From Candidatus Zambryskiibacteriota bacterium (GTDB taxonomy: Bacteria; Patescibacteriota; Minisyncoccia; Phycocordibacterales; WO2-35-19): a stretch of 64,000 bases of DNA. The stretch spans positions 33,947 to 97,946 of the forward strand of contig CAWJAC010000006.1 of assembly GCA_963840745.1 (NCBI GenBank), in the 5' to 3' direction. Of the stretch, positions 35,212 through 45,234 are shown in pieces (position 1 is the first letter of the stretch; every line of letters starts with the position of its first letter). Position numbers and translations under genes: made by a program. The notes beneath the pieces are model-generated. The model had not been told where the DNA came from. It saw only the letters and a program-made list of their open reading frames with translations, and searched no databases.

Positions 35212-35355
35212 TTACTTACAAGGCGTGCAGCGACACGAGTTACAAGCGGTGCAGTCGCATGGTTTGGAATTGGCGGCATTCTGCCAATCGATCTGGCCAG
35301 CGATTCTCGCCTTTGCTTTTAGGTCAGGAATTAGGAGGGTTCTTAGATTTTTCAT
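35212..35355 (-). CDS. Six-cysteine RiPP precursor candidate (SCIFF/ranthipeptide-like), 47 aa
   Basis: MKNLRTLLIPDLKAKARIAGQIDWQNAANSKPCDCTACNSCRCTPCK. AGGAG lies 8 nt upstream of ATG 35355. TTGCAT-17-TATATT upstream. The longer ORF-track version (to 35451) has no SD. Confidence 0.65.
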   Translation of the reverse strand: MKNLRTLLIPDLKAKARIAGQIDWQNAANSKPCDCTACNSCRCTPCK

Positions 35356-35515
35356 ACCCTCTCTCCTTTCTAGATCCTGATAAACAGGTCTACTGGAAAA
35401 TATAACAGAATTATCTGATATATGCAAATATTTAAACTCAAATAATCCCATTTATTCAATTAATACATGTTCTAACTTCGTTCGGCATGCGGAGCAAATT
35501 TTTATAAGTTTTTAA

Positions 35516-35743
35516 TTAATGATCTAATTTTGCATTTGCCACTTTTTCTTCGCTCTTCTTTTCTAATGCTTCTTTTTGGGCGGTCTCACTTTTGGTGTGC
35601 GCATGATCAGCCTCTTCTTGGAGTCGTTTTCTTTCCGCATCTGTTTTTCTATTTTGTTCTTCTTGCAGATGTGATCTTTCGTCGGCTTGTTTTTTTTCAA
35701 GATCTCTTTGTTCTCTTGCCTGACCATCGTTTGATGTACTCAT
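35516..35743 (-). CDS. Small highly charged coiled-coil-like protein
   Basis: 75 aa, E/K/R/Q-rich (EQRDLEKKQADERSHLQEEQNRKTDAERKRLQEE). Confidence 0.4.
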   Translation of the reverse strand: MSTSNDGQAREQRDLEKKQADERSHLQEEQNRKTDAERKRLQEEADHAHTKSETAQKEALEKKSEEKVANAKLDH

Positions 35744-35954
35744 AATTTTATTTTTTTAACTAATAATATACTAATAATATAATGTAACACACAATAAGCC
35801 GGTGTGGTGTGTGTTTAATTACATACACCAAGTTTTATCATCTATCAGACATAACTAGCTTGGGACAAGCTTCTTTTATCTATCAACAGTTTATACACTT
35901 AATATACAGATAAGTATAGTTGACTATATAAAATATAGGGTGCTATACTCTCCG

Positions 35955-36514
35955 ATAGACAGATCGATCAGGTACTAAAAGACTGTATTGATTAGGGGGC
36001 GTGAGGGAATATCTCGCTCCTAAGGTTAAAAGCCAATAATCAGTGGAGAAGAAATTCTCCTTCAAAGGGTTCATCGTAAGGTGAATCCGAAACACGAGCA
36101 GTCCTGCGTATCATATTTGACTAACCGAAAAATTATTTCTGTAGGGTTAATCTCCAAATCCAAAGAGATTCTTGCAGAAATAAATGTCCCTGAAACGCGA
36201 GTAAGGATAAATCGCGTTTGGTTTAAAGCCAAAAGCTTAAAACCAACAGAAGACTAGGAAGCCAAAAGTATCCTCATCCTGGGAGCCGAAGGCAAAAACC
36301 CACTTGCCGATGGTACAAGGGATATCTTTGGGCGTTCAACAGAACGACCAACGGATGCGAAAGTATCAGGAGGTTGGGGAAACCCACCAAAATGTAGCCA
36401 AACAGTTAACATCTGAATGGTCAACATTAGGTGGAATAACCCACCCCCTGATCTGAGCGAGAAGTCTCGAAAGAACAAAGCCCCCAAGGAGTAAAAATCC
36501 TGGGGACTTTTTTG
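35955..36514 (+). ncRNA. Unclassified structured RNA of about 560 nt
   Basis: TTGACT(35920-35925)-18-TATACT(35944-35949) promoter. No credible ORF. Many local stems, including GNRA hairpins GGAGAA-GAAA-TTCTCC (36045-36060) and TGGG-GAAA-CCCA (36375-36386). 5'/3' closing helix gatcagg (35966-35972) / cctgatc (36447-36453). Terminator hairpin plus T-run at 36481-36513. Confidence 0.6.
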
Positions 36515-36606
36515 TTAAAATTGAAATGAATACTACGTATTATTGACAAAAACCAAAAAATGATTATAGTCAAGGGCTCTGGCATTTAGAATGCCCGAGT
36601 TTTTAT

Positions 36607-37608
36607 ATGAAAAATAAACTTATTAAATTGCTTGAAAAACCTAAAATAGTTATTCCTGCAGTTTTCATTATTGCAGTTATCATCGGAGCGATATCATATA
36701 GGTTTATCGGCCAAGCTCCGGTTGCAATGCTTTCTAATGATGTAAATCTTGCTTCTTCATCAGTTGGCTCCACAGACAATTCAGTCGATTTGGCTTTCTC
36801 CAAAACCGGACGTTTGGGAGCAATAGGAGTAAGTGTCGGCAGTCTGGTAAAGAAAGGTGATATTCTCGCATCGCTTGATGCGGGTGATTCTCTAGGTGCT
36901 GTTAATCAGGCAAAGGGCGCGCTTGAGCTTGCCAAAGCTCAGTATGCTTCAATGAATGTTCAATATGCAAATACCAAAACACAACAAGATGTGCTTGTTG
37001 CAAATGCTTATCGGACGCTTCTGTCAAGCAATCTTGTTGCAGTTTCGAAAGACAATTCAGTTAATGTTGATAGCAGTCAGGCCCCGCAAATTAGCGGCAC
37101 CTATACATGCAGTAAAGAAGGCAGTTATGAAATAGACCAGTATGCTTCTGGGGTTTCATCCGGCTATTCATTTACTTTAAGTGGTCTTGAAAATGGGACT
37201 GGCAATGTAGTATATAATACTCCTCAACCGCTTGGATCATGCGGGTTATTTATTCAATTTCCGGCCGGATATTCTTATGGATTCGTACGATGGATAATTA
37301 ATATACCAAACACAAGATCGCCGGGCTATGTCGCAAATAAAAATGCCTATGATTTAGCAGTAGCAACTCGTGATCAGGTTTTAAAACAGTTTGAAGCTAA
37401 TCTCGGTGAAAACGGATCATATAATGCTAACATCGCCCAAGCGGCAGTTGATTCCGCGCAGGGTGCGTACGAAACGGCTCTGGCTGCATATCGCAATAAT
37501 CTTATTGTGGCCCCCATAGATGGAGTAGTAACCTTTGTTGACTCTGATCTTAAAATCGGGCAATCGGTTAATGCAAACAAAACCGTCATAACTATCGTTA
37601 AGAAATGA
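36607..37608 (+). CDS. HlyD/membrane-fusion-family periplasmic adaptor-like protein
   Basis: N-terminal TM segment, lipoyl-like GDILASLD, coiled-coil region, C-terminal APIDGVVTFVD. Confidence 0.6.
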   Translation: MKNKLIKLLEKPKIVIPAVFIIAVIIGAISYRFIGQAPVAMLSNDVNLASSSVGSTDNSVDLAFSKTGRLGAIGVSVGSLVKKGDILASLDAGDSLGAVNQAKGALELAKAQYASMNVQYANTKTQQDVLVANAYRTLLSSNLVAVSKDNSVNVDSSQAPQISGTYTCSKEGSYEIDQYASGVSSGYSFTLSGLENGTGNVVYNTPQPLGSCGLFIQFPAGYSYGFVRWIINIPNTRSPGYVANKNAYDLAVATRDQVLKQFEANLGENGSYNANIAQAAVDSAQGAYETALAAYRNNLIVAPIDGVVTFVDSDLKIGQSVNANKTVITIVKK

Positions 37609-38250
37609 TTATGGAAGATGATAAATCAAAAAAAAGTTTCCTCAGAAAACCTTGGGTACAAAGTCTTGCGGGTATTGTTTTAATAGTGGTCGCTCTTTTT
37701 GGGATCCTCTATTGGAAATCAACTTCATCTTATGTCGCTATCGACATGTCCCAAATTTCAGCTCCGATTATTGCTGTTGGCCCCGAATCAGAGGGGGTGC
37801 TTTCTGAAGTGTATGTGAAGCCGGGTGACACGGTTGTCTCCGATGAGCCTCTCGCGCGGGTTGGCGGAGAAACTCTTTCAGCTAAAACTTCCGGTGATTA
37901 TTATCAGTACGGAAAATATGCCTGGCCAAATTTTTATGCCGGGAAGCCCGGTGGTGTCCATGATTGACCCAAATCAACTCCGAGTGGTGGGAAAAATTGA
38001 CGAGAACAAAGGTTTATCCAGTATCAAAATCGGAGACCCGGCAACGTTTACGGTGGATGCGTTTGGCGGGACGGAATTTACCGGTATTGTCGATGAAATC
38101 AGTCCCACCTCGGACCAGTCAAGCGTGGTGTTCAGCATTTCCGATAAGCGCGAGATTAAACAGTTTGACTTAAAAGTTCGTTACGACATTGCGCTCCATC
38201 CTGAATTTAAAAACGGCATGTCCGCAAAGTTAAGGATTTATGCAAGATAA
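37605..38250 (+). CDS. HlyD/EmrA-family adaptor, one frame change near 37880-37890
   Basis: ORF 37605-37967 (TM segment, VKPGDTVVSDEPLARV) continues as VIISTENMPGQIF...VVGKIDENKG...FTVDAFGG in the frame of ORF 37825-38250. Confidence 0.65.
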
Positions 38251-39730
38251 ACACGGCAAAGGAGAAAACCTGCGATGGTGGATATTGCTTACCGTCATCA
38301 TTGGCACTTTTCTCGGCAGGCTGGATCAGACAATTGTTAATTTAGCATTACCAAAAATCATTACTGATTTCGGTATTACCGTTTCTGCCGCCGGGTGGAT
38401 CGCCACCGCTTATATATTGGCTAACGCCGTTTTTGTCCCCATTTGGGGTAAGCTTGGAGACACCCTTGGCCGAAAGAAAATTTATATTTTGGGTTTTTCC
38501 ATTTTTATTTTCGGTTCAGTTTTGGCCGGTATTTCATGGAACCTTTCATCACTTATTGTTTTTCGCATAATTCAAGCGATTGCGGGATCGGCAGATTATC
38601 CTACGGCGATGGCGATACTTGCCGTAACATTCAAAGAAGGCAAAGAACGCGCCCAAGCACTCGGAATTTGGTCGTCATCATTTGCGGCAGCGATAGTGTT
38701 TGGACCATTACTCGGCGGACCGCTTATTGATAACTTCGGCTGGCGATCTGTTTTTCTTGTAAATTTGCCGATTGGAATTTTAGGTATTTTCATGGCGCTT
38801 CGTTTTATTAACGAATCACGCTCGGAAATAAAAACAAGATTCTTTGATTGGTGGGGCGCACTCACTTTGGGAGGCATGCTCTCTGCCCTCGTTTTGGTTT
38901 TGGATCAAGGGTCTAGCTGGGGGTGGCTCTCGGTGGCAAGTTTGATATGCTATTTCTTAATCGTTACGCTTCTCGGACTTTTTATTAAAATTGAACAGAA
39001 GGTTCCTGAACCGATCGTTGACCTTAAATTTTTCAAAATTCCGGCATTCGTCAACGCTCTTGTAAATAACTTTGTGGTATTCATGGGCATGATGGGTGGC
39101 GTCTTTTTAATACCGGTCTTTGCCCAAACTTTTCTTGGATACTCTGCGACAGAGTCGGGATATCTTTTCATGCCAATGGCAGCAGCCATGATGCTTGCTG
39201 CTCCGCTCGGTGGAACGCTTACTGGAAAAGTAAAATCCAAGTACATAATATTTGCGAGTACCATCGTTGCCTCAATAGGCATTTTTCTTTTTACCGGACT
39301 TGATCCAAAATCAACTGCGCTTGATATTATAATTCCTTTGACGATTATGGCATTCGGAATCGGATTCGGTATGGCCCAGCGCACCAATATTATTGCGTCC
39401 GTTGTTCCTCAAAGCGAGATTGGCATTGCTTCATCTATCCTTGCTCTGGTGCGAAATATAGCGGGTGCATTCGGTATAGCTATCTTTGCGACCATATTGA
39501 ATAACAGGATTACCACCAATGTTCTTTCCATCAACAGGCTAAGCCAGCTTTACAGCCACAACCCGCTTGACGTTGCAAAATACATTTCACTCATAACTCT
39601 GAAAGCTCAGATAGACGCTTATGATTATGTTTTCCTGATTGCCTCCATCATAATCTTTATCGGCTCGTTCACCATACTTTTCCTTAAAGTGAAAAACGAA
39701 CGCATTGATATCAAAGTACAAGTTGAGTAG
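38240..39730 (+). CDS. MFS drug:H+ antiporter, DHA2 (EmrB/QacA, 14-TMS) type
   Basis: 496 aa. LDQTIVNLALP, GKLGDTLGRKK, about 14 hydrophobic segments. Confidence 0.8.
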   Translation: MQDKHGKGENLRWWILLTVIIGTFLGRLDQTIVNLALPKIITDFGITVSAAGWIATAYILANAVFVPIWGKLGDTLGRKKIYILGFSIFIFGSVLAGISWNLSSLIVFRIIQAIAGSADYPTAMAILAVTFKEGKERAQALGIWSSSFAAAIVFGPLLGGPLIDNFGWRSVFLVNLPIGILGIFMALRFINESRSEIKTRFFDWWGALTLGGMLSALVLVLDQGSSWGWLSVASLICYFLIVTLLGLFIKIEQKVPEPIVDLKFFKIPAFVNALVNNFVVFMGMMGGVFLIPVFAQTFLGYSATESGYLFMPMAAAMMLAAPLGGTLTGKVKSKYIIFASTIVASIGIFLFTGLDPKSTALDIIIPLTIMAFGIGFGMAQRTNIIASVVPQSEIGIASSILALVRNIAGAFGIAIFATILNNRITTNVLSINRLSQLYSHNPLDVAKYISLITLKAQIDAYDYVFLIASIIIFIGSFTILFLKVKNERIDIKVQVE

Positions 39731-39787
39731 TTATTGACTAATATATTTGCTTATTATATGATCCTTGTCGGGAAAGGAGTAATTCTC

Positions 39788-40129
39788 ATGTTCAAAATGC
39801 TGTGTTTGCCGGTTCTTTTAATTGTCGGTTTGGTATTTGGCCAAGAGAAAGTGATGCCGCGGGTTGCCTCGGTTGGACCAGCCAGTGGCCAGGCTGGAGA
39901 CACATTAACTGCGTCGGGGGAGAACCTCGACCAAACTAATGTAGCCGAGCTTCGTCTGACTGATGGCACTAATGACTTCAAGATTGTCATTGTCAGTCAG
40001 ACGACAACTACCATCAAGTTTAAGATTCCGGATGAAATCAAACCGGGTCGGTACGGTCTCGTGACCATATCAGCCAAGAGGACTCCTCCTCTTGAGATCG
40101 AGCAACCTGTTAAGGTTACGGTCAAATGA
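39788..40129 (+). CDS. Small secreted IPT/TIG-like domain protein
   Basis: Signal MFKMLCLPVLLIVGLVFG. SVGPASGQAGDTLTASGENL...IKFKIPDEIKPGRYGLV. AAAGGAG SD. GC-richer by eye. Confidence 0.6.
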   Translation: MFKMLCLPVLLIVGLVFGQEKVMPRVASVGPASGQAGDTLTASGENLDQTNVAELRLTDGTNDFKIVIVSQTTTTIKFKIPDEIKPGRYGLVTISAKRTPPLEIEQPVKVTVK

Positions 40130-40291
40130 GGTGTTACCCATATGCCTGAAAACACCATCCACCACTCAACGAAAAGCCACTTTTTGTTTGAGTGGTTTTC
40201 GTTTTTATTTTTATAAAAAATAATAAAAAAAGAGTCTGTGGCTTGAGAAGCTACAGACTCGCAAATCAATGACAACTATTAGTTATCATCT

Positions 40292-40783
40292 TTACTTCGG
40301 AACAAGTTCCTCAGGAATGCTTTTTATGGGGATGCCTTTGGCGTGGGCAAATCCCAGTTTCCACTGCACATTGAGCGACCTCTCTGAACTAGGCATGAGA
40401 CACAATGTGTCAATTTTCCCGGATTGGAAAATCGGCGCGTAAAGTTTGTCTCGTAACCGCTCCTGTAGTTTATATTCCTCCATCTTTGACAACTTTCTGT
40501 ATCCAAATTCTCTCTTCAGGATTTTGGTTGCCTGTTTCTGTAAAAGGAGGTGGTTAATAACGGTTACCCCTTTTATCTTGAAGCGTTCTATAGTGTCGCG
40601 CAGCCTCTTTCTATTTTCTTCGTTTGTTCTTGAGCCGGACGTGATGGGTCCGGCTACCCAAAACACGGGTTTGGGCATACGAGATAGTACAGTCAGAGCT
40701 ATTCGTACAAGTTCTTCCAGCGTCTGAGCATTCGAGATGTCAATGAGATCATCTTCCCCGTAATAACTCAATGGTTTTTTCAT
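40292..40783 (-). CDS. Hypothetical protein, possibly DUF4406 / nucleoside 2-deoxyribosyltransferase-like fold
   Basis: PVFWVAGPITSGS resembles the IAGPMTG motif of that fold. Weak evidence. Confidence 0.35.
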   Translation of the reverse strand: MKKPLSYYGEDDLIDISNAQTLEELVRIALTVLSRMPKPVFWVAGPITSGSRTNEENRKRLRDTIERFKIKGVTVINHLLLQKQATKILKREFGYRKLSKMEEYKLQERLRDKLYAPIFQSGKIDTLCLMPSSERSLNVQWKLGFAHAKGIPIKSIPEELVPK

Positions 40784-40909
40784 TTCACTCCTGATTTCTG
40801 TTTGTATTGTATCAGTAAAGATAATGTCGTCAACACGAATAAAATATTATTGTATTATTTGAAATAACCGCGCAGAAATGGTAAGATTTTGGTATTAAAT
40901 AAAAAACAT

Positions 40910-42365
40910 ATGTCAAAAATATTTAAATCGAAAATAACGATCAGTATCATAGTTGCGCTTGTTGTCTGTGTGGGCGGGTACTTTTTATTTTTTCACAAAA
41001 GTCCGACCTATCAATTCGTCATTGTAAAGCGCGGATCTATCACTGAATCAGTCTCTATTACTGGCAATACCACACCCTCACAAAGCGTTTCTCTCTCATT
41101 TGGCAGTAGCGGCATAATTTCTCACACCTACTCCGATCTTGGAAAGAAAGTGCAGGCCGGAGAGGTGCTGACAGAGCTTAACATAAATGACCTTACGGCG
41201 GGGCTTCACCAAGCGCAAGCCAATGTAGACCAGCAGCAGGCCAAGCTCAACTCGCTTCAAAGCGGCTCTCAGCCGTCTGACGCTTCTTCTGCATTTATTA
41301 TTTCCATGCGCGATGCATATCTCCAAACCGAAAGCTCGGTTCTCCGTTATGCCGATATTCTCTTCACTAATGCCGTTTCAGTTATCCCGATTATTAATAT
41401 CAGGACTCAGAGCCAAGATGAAAAGCAAGCCATAGATGCGGAACGTCTTGTTGTTGGTGAAAAAATTAAAAAATGGAAAGATGCCCTGGCAAATCTAAGC
41501 GCTTCATCTGATAATAAAACCATATCCGATGCTGGTTTGATTGGAAAAGATACCACAGTTTCAGTTTCAGATTTTCTCGACTATCTTGGCACCATAACCG
41601 GAAATCTGGATACGAGCAATTCTGGCTTGTCGCAGGATCAGATTGATACTTACAGGCAAACTGTAAATACTGCGGCCCAGGCTGCAAGCGCTGCAGCGTC
41701 CGCCGAGCAAAGCGCCTACGATGCTTGGACTTCAGCACCCCAAAATATTGATGCTCAAGAAGCCGCTGTTGAAGCGGCACAAGCCAGCGTCGAGAGCGCC
41801 AAAGGTGAAGATAGTGAACGCTCAAATCATTGCTCCCATAAGCGGCACTATTACTCAATTTGACGCGAAAGTAGGACAATCAGCTTCTCCGAATGTACCT
41901 CTTGTTTCCATAATGTCGGATGCCGGTTATGAAGTGGATGCCGGTGTTTCTGAAACTGATGTCGGCAAGGTCTCAGTCAATGATACTGTCACCATGACAC
42001 TTGATGCCTTCCAGAACGAAATTTTTTCCGGGTCGGTCTTTTATATTGCGCCGGCGGAAACCAATACTCAAGGAGTGGTCAATTATCTAATCAAAATTTC
42101 ATTCAGCAAATCCGATCCGCGGCTCAAGAGCGGATTGACGGCAAATATTGATATTCAAACAAAACATAAGGACAATGTACTGATTCTTCCGCAATATGCC
42201 ATTTTGCAAAATGACTCGGGAACGTTCGTGGAGACACTTGAAAATAATACAGTCAAACAAAATCCGGTGACTTTAGGTATTGCCGATCAGAAGGGGAATG
42301 TCGAGATAATCTCCGGCGTGACCGAGGGCGAGCAAGTTCTCAATATCGGACTGAAAGCGCAATAA
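40910..42365 (+). CDS. Efflux periplasmic adaptor (MacA/HlyD family), one frame change near 41800-41815
   Basis: TM segment, lipoyl GEVLTELN, long coiled coil, then IIAPISGTITQFDAKVGQ... in the frame of ORF 41721-42365. The change lies at gccaaaggtg. Confidence 0.7.
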
Positions 42366-43072
42366 TGATTGAGGTAAATGATTTAAAAAAAGAATATATT
42401 GAAGAAGAAACGCCGACCCAAGCTCTGCGGGGCGTTACTTTTAGTATTGATAAAGGCGAATTTGTTTCCATCATGGGGCCTTCGGGCTCGGGCAAATCAA
42501 CACTCCTTCATATATTGAGTTTTCTCGATCGACCTAGCGGCGGCTCTTACAAATTTCAAGGCAAAAGCATTGACGATATGACAGACAAAGAACTGGCGCG
42601 CGTTCGCAACAAAGATATGGGTTTCGTTTTTCAATCATTCAACCTGCTCTCCCGGCTGGATGTATATGATAATGTCGAAATACCTCTGCTTTATTCAGAT
42701 GTTCCTTCGGGCAAGCGTGAGGCATTGGTAATTGAAGCTGTCCGAGCGGTCGGGCTGGAAGAAAAACTGCGTGTTGAAGCCGGCAAACTTTCCGGCGGCC
42801 AAAAACAAAGAGTCGCTATCGCCCGAGCTTTGGTAACCGACCCGAATGTTATTTTTGCCGATGAACCCACCGGCAATCTTGATTCAGAGTCTGGCTTGCA
42901 GGTTATGGAAATATTGGAATCACTTAATAGCAAGGGTCGCACGGTGGTTTTGGTGACCCACGAAACTCAAACTGCCGAATTTGCCAATCGCATTATTAGA
43001 ATAAAAGATGGAAAAGTAGAAAGTGATAAAGCCATCACCCCCAATCGCATCCATCAGGGCAATCTTAAATAA
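42365..43072 (+). CDS. ABC transporter ATP-binding protein (MacB/LolD type)
   Basis: [35 protein letters not shown]. Confidence 0.85.
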   Translation: MIEVNDLKKEYIEEETPTQALRGVTFSIDKGEFVSIMGPSGSGKSTLLHILSFLDRPSGGSYKFQGKSIDDMTDKELARVRNKDMGFVFQSFNLLSRLDVYDNVEIPLLYSDVPSGKREALVIEAVRAVGLEEKLRVEAGKLSGGQKQRVAIARALVTDPNVIFADEPTGNLDSESGLQVMEILESLNSKGRTVVLVTHETQTAEFANRIIRIKDGKVESDKAITPNRIHQGNLK

Positions 43073-43087
43073 TTATGCAATAAAAAA

Positions 43088-44338
43088 ATGATAGTTAGAG
43101 ACGCATTCAAAACCGCCACTCGCAGCCTCACGCATGGCAAAATGCGTTCTATTTTGACGATGCTCGGCATTGTCATCGGCATCGCTTCAGTCATAATTCT
43201 TATGTCCATCGGCCAGTCGGCTCAAGATTTGATTTTAGGACAAGTGCAAAGCATCGGTTCCAATCTTATTATCATAATACCGGGCGCGCCGAGCAATGGA
43301 AGATTCAGTTCTCCCGCCTCTGCTCAAGGCATAGTTATCACCAGTTTACAGCAAAGAGATGTTGATGCCCTAGAACGCGAGCCTTCGGTTAATCTCGCCG
43401 TGCCGGAAGTGCGCGGGCAAGCCGATGCCGTTTATGGTAATAATAATGTGACGGTCGGCTTCACCGGCTCTACCGCGGATTTTTTTCAAGTCAGCAATCT
43501 GGCAAAAGTTTCAGTGGGCCAAACCTTTTCAAAAAGCGATGTTGATTCCGGAAATCACGTGATAGTCATAGGTCCTGATTTGGCAAATACTTTATTTGGG
43601 CCAAATATAAATCCGATTGATAAAACCGTTCATCTAAAAGGCGTTTCCTTCCGTGTTATCGGTGTTTTGGCTAAAGGAGGAACGGGCGCCTTCGGTGTTG
43701 ACATAGGCAATCTGGTAGTGATGCCTTTGAGTGTCGCACAGAAACAGCTTTTGGGCATTGATTATTTTAACGTGATCATTGTCCAAGCCAATTCAAACTA
43801 TGATGTAAATTTTGTAAAAACCCGCATGACTTTTGCTTTGCGCCAAGATCATGGCATAACCGATCCCAAAAAAGACGACTTTAGCATACAAACACAAGCA
43901 GATATCCTCTCTATTTTGGGCAGCATCACTTCAATCCTGACGCTCTTTCTGGCGGCTATTGCTTCCATATCACTTATTGTCGGCGGCATAGGCATCATGA
44001 ACATTATGCTTGTTTCTGTCACAGAACGGACACGTGAGATCGGACTTCGCAAAGCAGTCGGGGCAACTAATGGCGATATTTTGCAGCAATTTCTAATTGA
44101 ATCGGTCTTGCTGACTTTTGCCGGTGGGGTAGTGGGTATTGCTATAGGCGCAGGCGCTGTGACTCTAGTCTATTTTATTCTCTCAACTTTCTTTTCTATA
44201 GGCTGGGTTTTTGCTTTTCCCATCTCGTCTGTAATTCTTGGACTCTTGGTGTCGGGTATCGCTGGTATTGCCTTCGGCATTTATCCGGCGCGCCAAGCTG
44301 CGCGAAAGAACCCCATTGATGCGCTGCGATATGAATAG
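43088..44338 (+). CDS. ABC transporter permease (MacB/FtsX-like)
   Basis: 416 aa. N-terminal TM segment, large periplasmic domain, C-terminal FtsX 3-TM bundle (TERTREIGLRKAVGA). Confidence 0.8.
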   Translation: MIVRDAFKTATRSLTHGKMRSILTMLGIVIGIASVIILMSIGQSAQDLILGQVQSIGSNLIIIIPGAPSNGRFSSPASAQGIVITSLQQRDVDALEREPSVNLAVPEVRGQADAVYGNNNVTVGFTGSTADFFQVSNLAKVSVGQTFSKSDVDSGNHVIVIGPDLANTLFGPNINPIDKTVHLKGVSFRVIGVLAKGGTGAFGVDIGNLVVMPLSVAQKQLLGIDYFNVIIVQANSNYDVNFVKTRMTFALRQDHGITDPKKDDFSIQTQADILSILGSITSILTLFLAAIASISLIVGGIGIMNIMLVSVTERTREIGLRKAVGATNGDILQQFLIESVLLTFAGGVVGIAIGAGAVTLVYFILSTFFSIGWVFAFPISSVILGLLVSGIAGIAFGIYPARQAARKNPIDALRYE

Positions 44339-44375
44339 TTTCGGGAGATTTCTGTTTTTGTGCTAGGATTATCTT

Positions 44376-45233
44376 ATGGCAGAAAAAAACCGTAAATACG
44401 AAAAACAAACTTTTATCGCTGTTTTGGTTATAGCTATTTTAGGGTTTTCGGCTGGCGGATACATTTATTATGGAATTGCTAAAAACATAGTTCAAAATAC
44501 AACAGATCTTGAGGGGAAAGTATTGGAGCTTCAGGATAAAAATATTACTCTAGCCCAGACACTTAAAGCAGAACAGCAAAAAAATGGAGCGTTTGAATAT
44601 CAGATCGGACAAATAGCCAGCACCGTAGGCACTCTTGATAAATTGTCCAAAACAGATAAAGAGCTTTTGCAGAAATATTCCAAAGTATATTTTTTAAACG
44701 AAAATTATGTGCCGGAAAGTCTTACAGATATACCGTCGAAATATCTTTATGATAAAAGCAAAGAAACCAAGATACACACAAAAGTGCTTCCTTATCTTGA
44801 AGATCTTATGGCAGAGGCTCAAAGAAACGGCATAAATTTGCAGATAATTTCAGCTTACCGCTCATTTGGAGAACAAAGCACTTTGAAGAGCACTTATATT
44901 GTGACTTATGGCAGCGGAGCCAATGCCTTTTCGGCTGACCAGGGATATTCCGAACACCAATTGGGCACGGCGGTTGATTTTACCACTTCAGAACTCGGAG
45001 CCGGATTTTCCGATTTCAAAAATACCGATGGTTATAAATGGCTCCTTCAAAATGCGTATTTATACGGATTTATTCTTTCTTATCCGGAAGGGAACTCTTA
45101 CTATCAATTTGAACCATGGCACTGGCGTTTTGTCGGCAAAAGCTTGGCTAATATGCTTCACCAGGAAAACAAGAATTTTTATGATGAGGACCAGCGTACT
45201 ATAGATAGTTATTTAATAAATATTTTTGATTAG
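44376..45233 (+). CDS. D-alanyl-D-alanine carboxypeptidase, M15B (VanY-like)
   Basis: SAYRSFGEQ, SEHQLGTAVDF, EPWHWRFVG. Confidence 0.8.
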   Translation: MAEKNRKYEKQTFIAVLVIAILGFSAGGYIYYGIAKNIVQNTTDLEGKVLELQDKNITLAQTLKAEQQKNGAFEYQIGQIASTVGTLDKLSKTDKELLQKYSKVYFLNENYVPESLTDIPSKYLYDKSKETKIHTKVLPYLEDLMAEAQRNGINLQIISAYRSFGEQSTLKSTYIVTYGSGANAFSADQGYSEHQLGTAVDFTTSELGAGFSDFKNTDGYKWLLQNAYLYGFILSYPEGNSYYQFEPWHWRFVGKSLANMLHQENKNFYDEDQRTIDSYLINIFD

Positions 45234-45234
45234 T

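Noticed and set aside
35955-36514. Assigning the large RNA to RNase P RNA, tmRNA, SRP RNA or a group II intron.
   Set aside because: An isolated ACAGAAC and a GGGGAAACCCAC hairpin recall RNase P, but there is no GGAAAGUCC partner and the order is wrong. GGGGGC...GCCCCC could mimic a tmRNA acceptor, but no T-arm or CCA precedes it, and GCCCCC is part of the terminator. The GAGCCGAAGGCAA...TTGCCGATGGTAC segment does not fold as domain V.
36575-36600. Hairpin CTCTGGCAT-TTAGA-ATGCCCGAG plus T-run right before the HlyD-like gene as a riboswitch or attenuator.
   Set aside because: It is too short to bind a ligand, and I recognise no conserved aptamer. It most simply forms a 5'-terminal stem-loop of the mRNA started at the TATAGT promoter. 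Mentioned only for completeness.
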